Program-made: the position numbers and the translations under genes
Notes under the pieces: generated by a model
Seen by the model: only the letters and a program-made list of their open reading frames with translations
Database searches by the model: none
Told to the model about the DNA's origin: nothing
Part shown: positions 34,028-34,127 of the stretch, piece after piece
Numbering within the stretch: the first letter of the stretch is position 1
Layout: every line of letters starts with the position of its first letter
Assembly: GCA_036149055.1 (NCBI GenBank)
Contig: JAYZQJ010000224.1
Span: 1 to 34,127, forward strand
From: Myxococcota bacterium
GTDB taxonomy: Bacteria > Myxococcota_A > Polyangia > Polyangiales > Sandaracinaceae
DNA length: 34,127 nt
Direction: 5' to 3'

Positions 34028-34127
34028 TTGGAGGGTTTGGTGCAAACCCTCCCCCCATTGGGCAAAGCGCCAATGGGGCCCCCCTCCCGCTGCTTCTTGT
34101 TGGAGGGTTTGGTGCAAACCCTCCCCC
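34028..34127. repeat. REP-like structured repeat, 72-bp period, truncated by the window end
   Basis: TTGGAGGGTTTGGTGCAAACCCTCCCCC identical at 34028-34055 and 34100-34127; internal 10-bp stem; second hairpin at 34053-34078. Confidence 0.85.

Noticed and set aside
34028..34127. CRISPR array
   Set aside because: Only two copies, a self-complementary spacer, no leader and no cas genes in the window; kept as a REP-like repeat.

Overview
Very GC-rich bacterial window. Gene content (DUF2378/TIGR02265-like protein, CFI-box-CTERM-like protein, ECF sigma/TPR triad, sigma54 promoter) points to a myxobacterium, probably Polyangiales/Sandaracinaceae-like; this is inference. About 31 genes are supported, including two missing from the ORF track: rpmG (9062-9232) and an edge-truncated lipoprotein (1-483, minus). 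No rRNA, tRNA, transposase or cas gene was seen. The best candidate for an undescribed system is a tight three-gene operon at 685-3837: a Zn-ribbon pseudokinase, a VWA/MIDAS protein and a divergent adenylosuccinate-synthetase paralog with an altered substrate loop, preceded by an AT-rich GTGT-N7-ACAC palindrome resembling an NrtR operator. Other highlights are a coupled radical SAM-P450-APC permease operon, a histone-H1-like DksA beside L33 (both Zn-independent forms), a recurring -10 box 6-7 nt before start codons suggesting leaderless mRNAs, and a structured 72-bp-period repeat at the right edge. All calls come from reading motifs by eye; no database searches were run.
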